A stretch of 53,760 nt of DNA, taken from assembly GCA_024404445.1 (NCBI GenBank), contig JAKSPY010000002.1, forward strand, positions 1-53,760, in the 5' to 3' direction. Each line of letters starts with the position of its first letter. Positions within the stretch are counted from its first letter, which is position 1. The position numbers were made by a program, and so were the translations under genes. This DNA is from Clostridia bacterium (GTDB taxonomy: Bacteria > Bacillota > Clostridia > Oscillospirales > CAG-272). Under the pieces are notes generated by a model. The model searched no databases and had not been told where the DNA came from. It saw nothing but the letters and a program-made list of their open reading frames with translations. Below, in pieces: positions 21,088 through 29,491 of this stretch.

Positions 21088-23082
21088 ATGGCAAAAAAAG
21101 CATCCGCCGAAAGCGGAAACAGACAGACAAACGGTAAGATGACTGTCGATGAATTCGTTGACAGAATGATATCGCAGATCAAGGAGCAGGAGGCACAGGA
21201 AAATGCCGAAAAGAAGGCACTGACGGCCAACGCGCAGAAAAAAAAGAGCAAGCCTGCGCCAAAGCAAGCCGATGCCGATAATACCCGGCCGAAGCAACAG
21301 CCGAAAACTCAATCCGTGCCCAAAAAGCACAACGTACCGATCACGCCGGCACCTGCACCTGTGACCGTTCAGCCGACAGTGGAGCCGATATCGGCACAGC
21401 GCACGCCGAAATCGCACTCAAAAGCCAAAAAACTGCGCGTCATACCTCTCGGCGGACTCGGTGAGATCGGCAAGAATATCACGCTGATCGAATACAGCGA
21501 CAACATACTGATAGTCGACTGCGGAATCGGTTTCCCCGATGAGGATATGTTCGGCGTTGATCTCGTCGTTCCGGATTTCACATACCTCATCAACAACCGC
21601 GAAAAGATCGTCGGTATGCTGATAACGCACGGTCACGAGGATCATCTGGGTGCGGTGCCGTATATGTTGCGTAAGCTCAATGTGCCGATTTACGCCACGC
21701 GTCTGTCGCTGGGCATACTTGAATACAAATTTCAGGAACAGAAATACGATTTCAAGCCGGAGCTGCACTGCGTGAATGCCGGCGACCGCATGCGCCTCGG
21801 CGCATTTGAGGTCGAATTCATACGCGTGAATCACTCAATAGCCGATGCCGTGGCGCTGGCCATAAGAACGCCGCTGGGCGTGGTATTCCATTCCGGAGAT
21901 TTCAAGATCGATCCGACGCCTGTTGACGGCGAAATGACCGATCTGACCCGTATCGGCGAAATAGGGCGCGAAGGCGTCAAGCTGTTGATGTGCGAATCGA
22001 CGAATGTGGAACGCCCCGGATATACCCCGTCGGAACGGAAAGTAGGCGAAAGCCTGCAACACATCTTTGAAGAGCACAAAAACAAAAGAATAATAATCTC
22101 CACGTTCTCATCGAATGTGCACCGCGTTCAGCAAGTCATCGACATAGCGATAAAATACGGCAGAAAAGTCGCCATAACCGGCAGAAGCATAGTAAACATC
22201 GTCGGCGCGGCATCACAGCTCGGCTATATGAACGTGCCGTCCGGCGTGCTGATTGACATTTCCGATATCAAAAAGTACACTCCGCAACAGGTGACGATCG
22301 TATCGACAGGCAGTCAAGGTGAACCCATGTCAGGCCTTTACAGAATGGCGTTCAATATGCATGACAAGGTGGAGCTGGGCCCCGATGATCTCGTTATAAT
22401 CAGCGCATCGGCGATCCCCGGCAACGAAAAGCTGGTCGGCAATATAATAAATGAGCTGTACCGCAAGGGCGTATCGGTGCTCAGCAGTGACGCTGCCGAC
22501 GTACACGTATCGGGACACGCCTGTCAGGAGGAGCTGAAAATACTGCACGCGCTGTTGAAGCCTGACTATTTCATGCCGGTGCACGGCGAAGCCCGCCACC
22601 TGTATAAGCACAAGGAGCTTGCACAGCAAATGGGCATGGCACCCAACAGGGTGTTTGTGTCGGAGATCGGTAAAATATTGGAGCTGGATTCAAACAGCGC
22701 CCGTTTTAACGGGACTGTTCCTGCGGGCGTGGTGCTTATCGACGGATCGGGCATCGGCGACGTCGGCAACGTCGTACTGCGCGACAGAAAGCACCTTGCC
22801 GAGGACGGACTGATCATCGTCACGGCAACGATAGATTTCGGCGTAGGCGACATTGCGGCAGGACCCGAGGTGATCTCACGAGGATTCGTATACGAAAAAG
22901 AATCCGAGGCGTTGATGACGCAGTTACGCGAGATAGCCCGCGACGCGCTGTACGACGCGCTCCGCCGCGGTTATACCGATTGGGCGCAATTAAAGGGCAA
23001 GGTGCGTGATGATCTGGCGCGGTACGTCTTTCAGAACACAAAACGTAAGCCGATGGTCATAACGATGCTGATGGAGGTATAG
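21088..23082 (+). CDS. rnj: Ribonuclease J with a basic, low-complexity N-terminal extension of about 115 aa
   Basis: The core starts at KLRVIPLGGLGEIGKN, with the metallo-beta-lactamase motif ITHGHEDHLGA and beta-CASP and C-terminal domains. The start is taken at MAKKASAES (21088). Confidence 0.92.
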   Translation: MAKKASAESGNRQTNGKMTVDEFVDRMISQIKEQEAQENAEKKALTANAQKKKSKPAPKQADADNTRPKQQPKTQSVPKKHNVPITPAPAPVTVQPTVEPISAQRTPKSHSKAKKLRVIPLGGLGEIGKNITLIEYSDNILIVDCGIGFPDEDMFGVDLVVPDFTYLINNREKIVGMLITHGHEDHLGAVPYMLRKLNVPIYATRLSLGILEYKFQEQKYDFKPELHCVNAGDRMRLGAFEVEFIRVNHSIADAVALAIRTPLGVVFHSGDFKIDPTPVDGEMTDLTRIGEIGREGVKLLMCESTNVERPGYTPSERKVGESLQHIFEEHKNKRIIISTFSSNVHRVQQVIDIAIKYGRKVAITGRSIVNIVGAASQLGYMNVPSGVLIDISDIKKYTPQQVTIVSTGSQGEPMSGLYRMAFNMHDKVELGPDDLVIISASAIPGNEKLVGNIINELYRKGVSVLSSDAADVHVSGHACQEELKILHALLKPDYFMPVHGEARHLYKHKELAQQMGMAPNRVFVSEIGKILELDSNSARFNGTVPAGVVLIDGSGIGDVGNVVLRDRKHLAEDGLIIVTATIDFGVGDIAAGPEVISRGFVYEKESEALMTQLREIARDALYDALRRGYTDWAQLKGKVRDDLARYVFQNTKRKPMVITMLMEV

Positions 23083-23083
23083 A

Positions 23084-23557
23084 ATGTTTGAAAACGAATA
23101 CGTTGAGGTGGAGCTACCGCGTCAGAAAAACATCGCGCTGATCGCCCACGACAACAAAAAGCCCGAAATGATAGAATGGGTAATGGAAAACAGAGAAATA
23201 CTGTCACATCACTTTCTGTGCGGCACAGGAACGACTGCGCGGCTGATCGCGGATAAGACCGGACTGCCGATACGCGGGTACAACAGCGGCCCTCTCGGCG
23301 GCGATCAGCAGATCGGCGCAAAGATCGTTGACGGTAAAATTGACATGGTCATCTTCTTTTCCGATCCGTTGACGGCACAGCCGCACGATCCGGATGTGAA
23401 GGCATTGCTTCGCATAGCGCAGGTCTATGACGTTCCGATAGCAAACAATAAGTCGACTGCTGACTTTATCATTCACAGCACCCTGATGGACTGCGAATAT
23501 TCGCGCAAGCTGTTGAATTTCAAGAGAAATATCGACGACAGAGTAAAACAATTGTAA
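23084..23557 (+). CDS. mgsA: Methylglyoxal synthase
   Basis: IALIAHDNKKPEMIEW, GTGTTA and DPLTAQPHDPDVKALLR. The gene starts 1 nt after the rnj stop. Confidence 0.9.
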   Translation: MFENEYVEVELPRQKNIALIAHDNKKPEMIEWVMENREILSHHFLCGTGTTARLIADKTGLPIRGYNSGPLGGDQQIGAKIVDGKIDMVIFFSDPLTAQPHDPDVKALLRIAQVYDVPIANNKSTADFIIHSTLMDCEYSRKLLNFKRNIDDRVKQL

Positions 23558-23587
23558 ACAAAAATATAAATTTCAGGAGGTAAAACC

Positions 23588-24562
23588 ATGCCACATTCAT
23601 CAGGAGGCGGCAGCCACGGCGGAGGCTTTCACGGCGGAAGCGCCGGTCACGGAGGCTCATCCGGGCCGCGCACGTCCAGACACTATTATCCCGGTGCGCG
23701 CACATTTGTGTATTATAGACACGGTATCCCGATGTACATATATTCGGATGCTGATCTCAGACATCAGAATTCAAGAAAGAACAGGCGATTGACGTCGTTG
23801 GTCCTGTTGCCGTTCGTTATGATACTCGTGTTTTTGCTTATCGTGACGATGGGACCGCCGACGAAGCTCAGCGGCGGAGAGATGTACCCCGTTGAGATAA
23901 TCGACAATATCGGCGTCCTCGAAAACGATATCCCGGAGCTCGAAAAGGCACTGAACGATTTTAAGGATACGACCGGCATCACGCCCGCCGTTCTGACCGT
24001 ATATAATGAAGATTGGACAAGCAAGTATAATCTGACGGATTACGCGTATAACGCATACATCGACAGATATTCGGATGAAATGCACTGGCTGATAGTGTAT
24101 TCCGAGCCTAAGGAAAAGGGTGATGATTTCATTTATTGGCACTTTGAAGGTATGCAGGGCAACGATACCGATTCTATATTGTCATATTCAAAGACCGAAT
24201 CATTCAATTCCGATCTGTATAAATATCTGAATGAGCACGAGACGTACACCGTAGGGCAGGCGATAACCGAGGCATTCAATAATCTGACGCCGGTTTCGTT
24301 GGAGGAGAGCCACGACATCGGCAACATATTGCCGATCGCGCTTATGCTCATCATTCTGCTGTTCATATTCGTTGCCAACATTTTCGGCGACAAATTGCGC
24401 GGATACAAGGATGAGGATCTTACCGAGATCAAATCATCGACGGGCAAGCCGCAAACGGCAAATTGCGAATACTGCGGCAGTCAGTACGCAGTCGGCGCGC
24501 ACACACGCTGTCCGCATTGCGGCGCATCGCTGACCGATACGACCGACGAACAGCAATACTGA
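23588..24562 (+). CDS. Membrane protein with Gly/His-rich N-terminus, TPM-like extracytoplasmic domain and C-terminal zinc ribbon
   Basis: N-terminus MPHSSGGGSHGGGFHGGSAGHGGSSGP. Two TMs flank a region resembling TPM domains (IIDNIGVLENDIPELEKALNDFKDTTGITPAVLTV). The C-terminus carries CEYCGSQ...CPHCGAS (CxxC...CxxC). Confidence 0.55.
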   Translation: MPHSSGGGSHGGGFHGGSAGHGGSSGPRTSRHYYPGARTFVYYRHGIPMYIYSDADLRHQNSRKNRRLTSLVLLPFVMILVFLLIVTMGPPTKLSGGEMYPVEIIDNIGVLENDIPELEKALNDFKDTTGITPAVLTVYNEDWTSKYNLTDYAYNAYIDRYSDEMHWLIVYSEPKEKGDDFIYWHFEGMQGNDTDSILSYSKTESFNSDLYKYLNEHETYTVGQAITEAFNNLTPVSLEESHDIGNILPIALMLIILLFIFVANIFGDKLRGYKDEDLTEIKSSTGKPQTANCEYCGSQYAVGAHTRCPHCGASLTDTTDEQQY

Positions 24563-24590
24563 TAAAAACGGGGCTGTAAATAAATAGCCC

Positions 24591-24645
24591 AAAAAATCCG
24601 AAGCAACCGGTAAAGTTCGCTTCGGATTTCTTTTTTCGCTTTTTT
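24591..24645. terminator. Bidirectional intrinsic terminator between convergent operons
   Basis: Hairpin atccgaagc(24596-24604)...gcttcggat(24619-24627), flanked by an A-run upstream and T-runs downstream. It can terminate both strands. Confidence 0.7.
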
Positions 24646-24672
24646 CGGGGCTGTTTATTTACAGTCCCTTTT

Positions 24673-25341
24673 TTATAATTTCAATCTCTTTACCGTGCTT
24701 TCGCGTTCGCCGTTCGTGCACATCGCCGCCTGATAGCCGATAATGCCGTAGATCTCCTTAAAAAATGCGTCGTTCTGCTCCACTCCCTGCTCCGATATCT
24801 TTGCCTTACCCAAATGAAAATCGCACTTCAATGTGGAAAGCCCGATGTCAAAGCCTCTGCCGCGCATCTTGACATAGCTTTCGCGCAGGGTCCACAGCCG
24901 ACAAAAAGCACGATTGGGGTTTTCGCTCATCATCATCGCATCGTATTCCAGCACAGACATAAAGCGCGTCGCCACGCCCATGATATCGTGACTGACAGAC
25001 AGATCCTCAACATCCACGCCGCACTCGGTATCGGATACCGCGCACACAACGACCTTACCGCTGTGCGAAATATTGAAATGCACGTCCGGTCTGCCGACGA
25101 CGTACGGCTTTCCGAATTCGTTCTCGGCAAGCTCAAACTCGTCGATCCCGAATGAATCCTTCAGTGCCGCCCTTATGATGAGGCCGCCTGCCATGATCTG
25201 CGCCTTGATATCGCTGTGGCGCGCCTTTGCTATTCTTTGACGCCTCTTTTCGTCCAATTCGCCCAGACGCTCCGACACGAGCGACTCGTTTTCGATGAAT
25301 TCGCCGAAATCGGCATAATAAACCTTTGCAAACTCTTCCAT
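24673..25341 (-). CDS. Sfp-type 4'-phosphopantetheinyl transferase
   Basis: HFNISHSGKVVVCAVS..CGVDVEDL and WTLRESYVKMRGRG (the WxxKEa motif). AGGAG RBS. It lies 8 nt downstream of the U32 gene. Confidence 0.8.
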   Translation of the reverse strand: MEEFAKVYYADFGEFIENESLVSERLGELDEKRRQRIAKARHSDIKAQIMAGGLIIRAALKDSFGIDEFELAENEFGKPYVVGRPDVHFNISHSGKVVVCAVSDTECGVDVEDLSVSHDIMGVATRFMSVLEYDAMMMSENPNRAFCRLWTLRESYVKMRGRGFDIGLSTLKCDFHLGKAKISEQGVEQNDAFFKEIYGIIGYQAAMCTNGERESTVKRLKL

Positions 25342-25349
25342 TTTATCTC

Positions 25350-26579
25350 CTAACCGTCAGCGCCCCTCATGATGTCGCCCTCCCTGACGGGGAACGGGAT
25401 TTTGACGCTGAATCTCATTGACGGGTGCGGCGCACACGGTATGCGCTCATCCTCCTCACCGAACATCTCCTCGATGACGAAGCTCCTGCCGAGCATACCG
25501 GGTGAGATGACCTCGACCGTCTGCCCTGCCGACATCTTATTTCTCTGCACGAAATACGCGCGTCCCAGCTCCGCGTCGTATCCGGAGCAGACTGCAAGAT
25601 ATGCTTTTTCGCGCATATAGCCGTTGGTCTGACAGATCTGCGCGTTTTGCATCGGATCGTCGTAATAATACCCCGTGCAGTATTCGCGGTGGCTCACGCT
25701 GTCCAGCTCACCCAACCACGCCTTGTCAAATATGTATCCGGCACCGAGCTTCTCATATCCGTCCATCGCGGTGCGGTACGCGTTCGTGACGACGGCGGTG
25801 TAATACGCACTTTTCATCCTTCCCTCGATCTTGAATGAGGTAATGCCGGCATCGATCAACTCCGGCACGTGCTCCACCATGCACATATCCTTTGAGCTCA
25901 TGATAAAGGTGCCGTGCTCCGTTTCCTCGATCGGCATATTCATATCGGGTCGCTTTTCCTCTGATATCGTGTAATTCCATCTGCACGGCTGTGCGCAGGC
26001 GCCACGGTTGGCGTCCCTGCCGACGAGATTGTTGGACAAAAGGCAACGGCCGCTGAACGACACGCACATTGAGCCGTGGACAAAGGCCTCGATCTCCATA
26101 TCCGACGGGATATCGGCGCGTAGCTTTCGTATCTCATCAAGACTCAGCTCCCTCGCGAGCACGACACGCCTTGCACCGAGATCGTACCACATACGGGCCG
26201 ACTCCGAATTCACGACGCCCGCCTGCGTGGAAACATGGATATCCACGCCCGGCAAATGCTCTTTGACGAGAGAGAAAACACCGAGATCGGCGACGATAAC
26301 GCCGTCAAGCCCCCCCTCGCCGAGTTCCGCCAGCCTGTCCATATAGTCGGCAAGATCGGGAAGCTCATATTCACGCGGAAGCGTATTCAGCGTCAGATAA
26401 ATTTTTTTGCCGTACTTATGGGCAAAGGCAAGCGCCGCCTCCAGCTCCTCAAGTGTGAAATTGTCCGCGGCGGCGCGCATACCAAAGCGCTTCCCGGCGA
26501 GATACACGGCATCGGCACCGTATAAAAACGCCGCCTTCATCTTTTCGTAATTTCCTGCCGGTGATAATAATTCTGTCAT
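25350..26579 (-). CDS. Peptidase U32-family protein
   Basis: N-terminus ELLSPAGNYEKMKAAFLYGADAVYLAG with conserved Cys-rich regions. The ATG at 26579 overlaps the mltG stop (ATGA). Confidence 0.85.
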   Translation of the reverse strand: MTELLSPAGNYEKMKAAFLYGADAVYLAGKRFGMRAAADNFTLEELEAALAFAHKYGKKIYLTLNTLPREYELPDLADYMDRLAELGEGGLDGVIVADLGVFSLVKEHLPGVDIHVSTQAGVVNSESARMWYDLGARRVVLARELSLDEIRKLRADIPSDMEIEAFVHGSMCVSFSGRCLLSNNLVGRDANRGACAQPCRWNYTISEEKRPDMNMPIEETEHGTFIMSSKDMCMVEHVPELIDAGITSFKIEGRMKSAYYTAVVTNAYRTAMDGYEKLGAGYIFDKAWLGELDSVSHREYCTGYYYDDPMQNAQICQTNGYMREKAYLAVCSGYDAELGRAYFVQRNKMSAGQTVEVISPGMLGRSFVIEEMFGEEDERIPCAPHPSMRFSVKIPFPVREGDIMRGADG

Positions 26580-27595
26580 TTTTTCCCCCATTTTTTCAGC
26601 GACGACAAATGCTCGGAGTAGGTTTTTGAAAACACCGTCGTTTTGTCGGCAGATGAAAAAAAGTAATAGTAATCTGTTATTTTAGGACACGCGGCGGCCG
26701 TCAGCGCATCGCGCCCCGGTGAGCAGATCGCGCCGGGTACAAGCCCCGCGTATTTATATGAATTGTAAGGTGAATCAAGCTCAAGATACTCCCCGTCGCC
26801 GCCGTAAACCCCCCACGCGTATGCCGGCGTCGAATCACATGTGAGACGGTCACGTACGCGACTGTGCAATCGGTTATTCAATACCGCGGCGACAGCACCC
26901 ATTTCGGCAGTGTAATACACCTCTTTCTGTACTATCGACGCAATGATGACCGCATCATCGACTGTATATCCGCGCGCTGTGATCGACTGCCGCATTTCAT
27001 CGGTCAGACGCGAGTCAAACGTGGCTATGAGCCGCGCTATCACCTCATGCTCCGTAGCATCGGAATAGAAATAATATGTTTCCGGGTACAGATACCCATC
27101 GCACCTGTACGTGCGTCCGGCACGGTCTGTTGGTATATAATCATATCCGTAATCGTCGTCTGCCGCACCGACAGAGCCGTCTGCCGTGCCGATGCCGTGC
27201 GAAACGAAGATCGCGAATATTTCGTCTGTCGTCGCGCCCTCCGGTATGGTTATGCGCACCGTCGTGCGCACTTTTTTATGCGAGTTGATCGCCGAAATGA
27301 TCATGTCGTAATCCATATCCCGGCTGACGGTCGCCGTTCCGGACGGTAATTCGCCGACGCCGCGTAAGGCACACCATGCGCGGAAAAGAAATTTATACCT
27401 GATCATACCGTTCTGCTTCAGAACGTCGGCCGCTGACGACGTGCCGTCCGTCGTTATCACGACAGGCGTAGTATCATCGTCAAACAGCGCAAATATATCG
27501 GCGGCGCAAACCATTACGACCGCCGACAGTATTATCGCCAATGCCGTCGAAACGGCAAAGCAACTCCAAAAACCGCTTTTTGTTTTTTTCTTCAT
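26576..27595 (-). CDS. mltG: Endolytic murein transglycosylase MltG (YceG-like)
   Basis: N-terminal TM, plus the catalytic-region motif SPYNSYKYAGLVPGAICSPG. Confidence 0.85.
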   Translation of the reverse strand: MKKKTKSGFWSCFAVSTALAIILSAVVMVCAADIFALFDDDTTPVVITTDGTSSAADVLKQNGMIRYKFLFRAWCALRGVGELPSGTATVSRDMDYDMIISAINSHKKVRTTVRITIPEGATTDEIFAIFVSHGIGTADGSVGAADDDYGYDYIPTDRAGRTYRCDGYLYPETYYFYSDATEHEVIARLIATFDSRLTDEMRQSITARGYTVDDAVIIASIVQKEVYYTAEMGAVAAVLNNRLHSRVRDRLTCDSTPAYAWGVYGGDGEYLELDSPYNSYKYAGLVPGAICSPGRDALTAAACPKITDYYYFFSSADKTTVFSKTYSEHLSSLKKWGKK

Positions 27596-27640
27596 CTGAC
27601 ACCTTTTTTATTTATTATGCGCCGGATGAAAAATAATATT

Positions 27641-28231
27641 TTACGTTTTTTTCGGGTAGATACCGCGTTCCGTGATGATAACGTCGGCGGCGAGGTCAAA
27701 TCTGCCGTGCGGCACCATATTTACGATATAATCGTGATATTGCACGCCCACCTTCGTTCCCTTGAACTGCGACAGATATCTGTCATAATATCCGCCGCCG
27801 TAACCGATACGAAAGCCCTTTTTATCGTACACAACTGCGGGAATAATGCATATGACGTTCTTTTGCAGTGATCCCGTGACCTCAAAATGCTCCAGCCCCG
27901 GCTTCGGCTCCATAATGCCGTACGTGCCGACCTCCAGATCGTCAAACGAGGAAACAAAGCTGAATATCATGGACCTGTCCTCCGGATCCGATTTCGGATA
28001 CGCGATCCGCTTGCCCTGTGCAAGTGCGGCGAGCGCGACGGCGTTTATATCCACCTCGTCCTCCTTCGGATAATACATCAGCAGTGTTTCGGCGTATCTG
28101 AACGTCGCCGAGGCTATGATCGCGTCGCACAGCTTTTTATCCAGTTCACCCTTCTGTTCGGGCGTCAAGGCGCGCTTTTTCTCAAGATAATATTCTCTTA
28201 TTTCCGTTTTATGCTGTCTGATTTCGTACAT
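27641..28231 (-). CDS. 5-formyltetrahydrofolate cyclo-ligase
   Basis: 196 aa with GFRIGYGGGYYDRYL and an upstream ATP-binding-like region. Confidence 0.85.
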   Translation of the reverse strand: MYEIRQHKTEIREYYLEKKRALTPEQKGELDKKLCDAIIASATFRYAETLLMYYPKEDEVDINAVALAALAQGKRIAYPKSDPEDRSMIFSFVSSFDDLEVGTYGIMEPKPGLEHFEVTGSLQKNVICIIPAVVYDKKGFRIGYGGGYYDRYLSQFKGTKVGVQYHDYIVNMVPHGRFDLAADVIITERGIYPKKT

Positions 28232-28243
28232 AATACCAGCCTT

Positions 28244-28786
28244 TCAGGCAATTATCGCACTAAGTACGGTCTTTGCCGTTTCATCGCCGTACAGCGCGCG
28301 GATCAGCTCCGCACCGAATTCGACTGCCGTTCCCGCGCCGGCCGCGGTAATAATATTTCCGTCGCGTACCACACGGCCTCCCGTTTTTGCCCCCGTTAGC
28401 TTCGGCTCAAAGCCCGGATAGCAAGTGGCTTTTTTGCCGTTCAGAAGTCCCATTCCGCCGAGTATCTTCGGTGCCGCACAGATCGCGCCGATGAATTTTC
28501 CCTCTTTTGCCGCCATTTCGATCAAATATCTGCAATCGGCGTCGGCCTCTATGTTGTTCGTTCCGGGCATACCGCCGGGAATGATCAACAGATCGAAATC
28601 ATCGTTTTTACATTCGCTTACGGCCTTATCGCACATCACCCTTATGCCGTGCGAGCCCGTGCGTTCGACCCCGCCCTGTCCGGCGACGGTCAGCTCGGCT
28701 CCGGCACGTATCAGCATATCGGCAGGTGTCACGGCCTCCGTTTCCTCTGTACCGTTTGCAAACAGCAAAATGACTTTTTTACTCAT
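28244..28786 (-). CDS. DJ-1/PfpI-family protein
   Basis: Starts MSKKVILLFANGTEE. Nucleophile elbow GAICAAP. Its start overlaps the end of tmk by 8 nt. Confidence 0.8.
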   Translation of the reverse strand: MSKKVILLFANGTEETEAVTPADMLIRAGAELTVAGQGGVERTGSHGIRVMCDKAVSECKNDDFDLLIIPGGMPGTNNIEADADCRYLIEMAAKEGKFIGAICAAPKILGGMGLLNGKKATCYPGFEPKLTGAKTGGRVVRDGNIITAAGAGTAVEFGAELIRALYGDETAKTVLSAIIA

Positions 28787-29468
28787 TTTCACCACCCCCG
28801 ACATCCAGCATTCTCGTGACGTTTTCCAAAACCTTGGCATGAATATCGTCGATCGACAACGGATTCTTGCCGTCATGGCAGATCACGCGTTCCCATCCGA
28901 GTCTGTCGCACGAATACATCGCCGCGTGGTAGCAACGGTTGATATAGTCGGCATCCTTTTCGTGAATGTCCTTTTTCTGCCCGGTCGCGTCTTCCCGCTG
29001 ATTGACAAGCTCAAGTGAAATCTCCGGCTTCATTTCGAGATACATAACAAGGTCGGCACGCGGCAGACCGAGCTGATCGTGCTCATACTTGTCTATCCAT
29101 GTCAGAAATTCGTCCCAATCGTCCCGATCCAGCTTTGATAACTGATGGATCGCGTTTGATGTGGAATAACGTGAAGCGATAACGATGCTGTCGGGCTGTT
29201 CGTAAAACTCTTTCCAATCCGTGACGTACGAATAGTATCTGTCCATCGCAAAGAAGGTCGCAGCCGCGTACGCGTTGGTGTCGCCCGGCTTATCGCCGAG
29301 CCTGCCCTGCAGGTACAGATCGACAAACGTGGCACCCACGGTGCCGTACATCGGGAACGAGATCAGTCTGACGTTTTTGTCCTGACTCTTCAATTCCTCA
29401 TAGAGAAGACCGCATTGCGTGCTCTTGCCGGAGCCGTCGATTCCGTCTATTGTTATCAGTTTTCCCAT
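28779..29468 (-). CDS. tmk: Thymidylate kinase-like nucleotide kinase
   Basis: P-loop IDGIDGSGKSTQ. At 229 aa it is somewhat longer than typical Tmk. GGAGGA RBS. Confidence 0.7.
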   Translation of the reverse strand: MGKLITIDGIDGSGKSTQCGLLYEELKSQDKNVRLISFPMYGTVGATFVDLYLQGRLGDKPGDTNAYAAATFFAMDRYYSYVTDWKEFYEQPDSIVIASRYSTSNAIHQLSKLDRDDWDEFLTWIDKYEHDQLGLPRADLVMYLEMKPEISLELVNQREDATGQKKDIHEKDADYINRCYHAAMYSCDRLGWERVICHDGKNPLSIDDIHAKVLENVTRMLDVGGGENE

Positions 29469-29491
29469 TTTTCCTCCGTGGCAGTCGGCGA

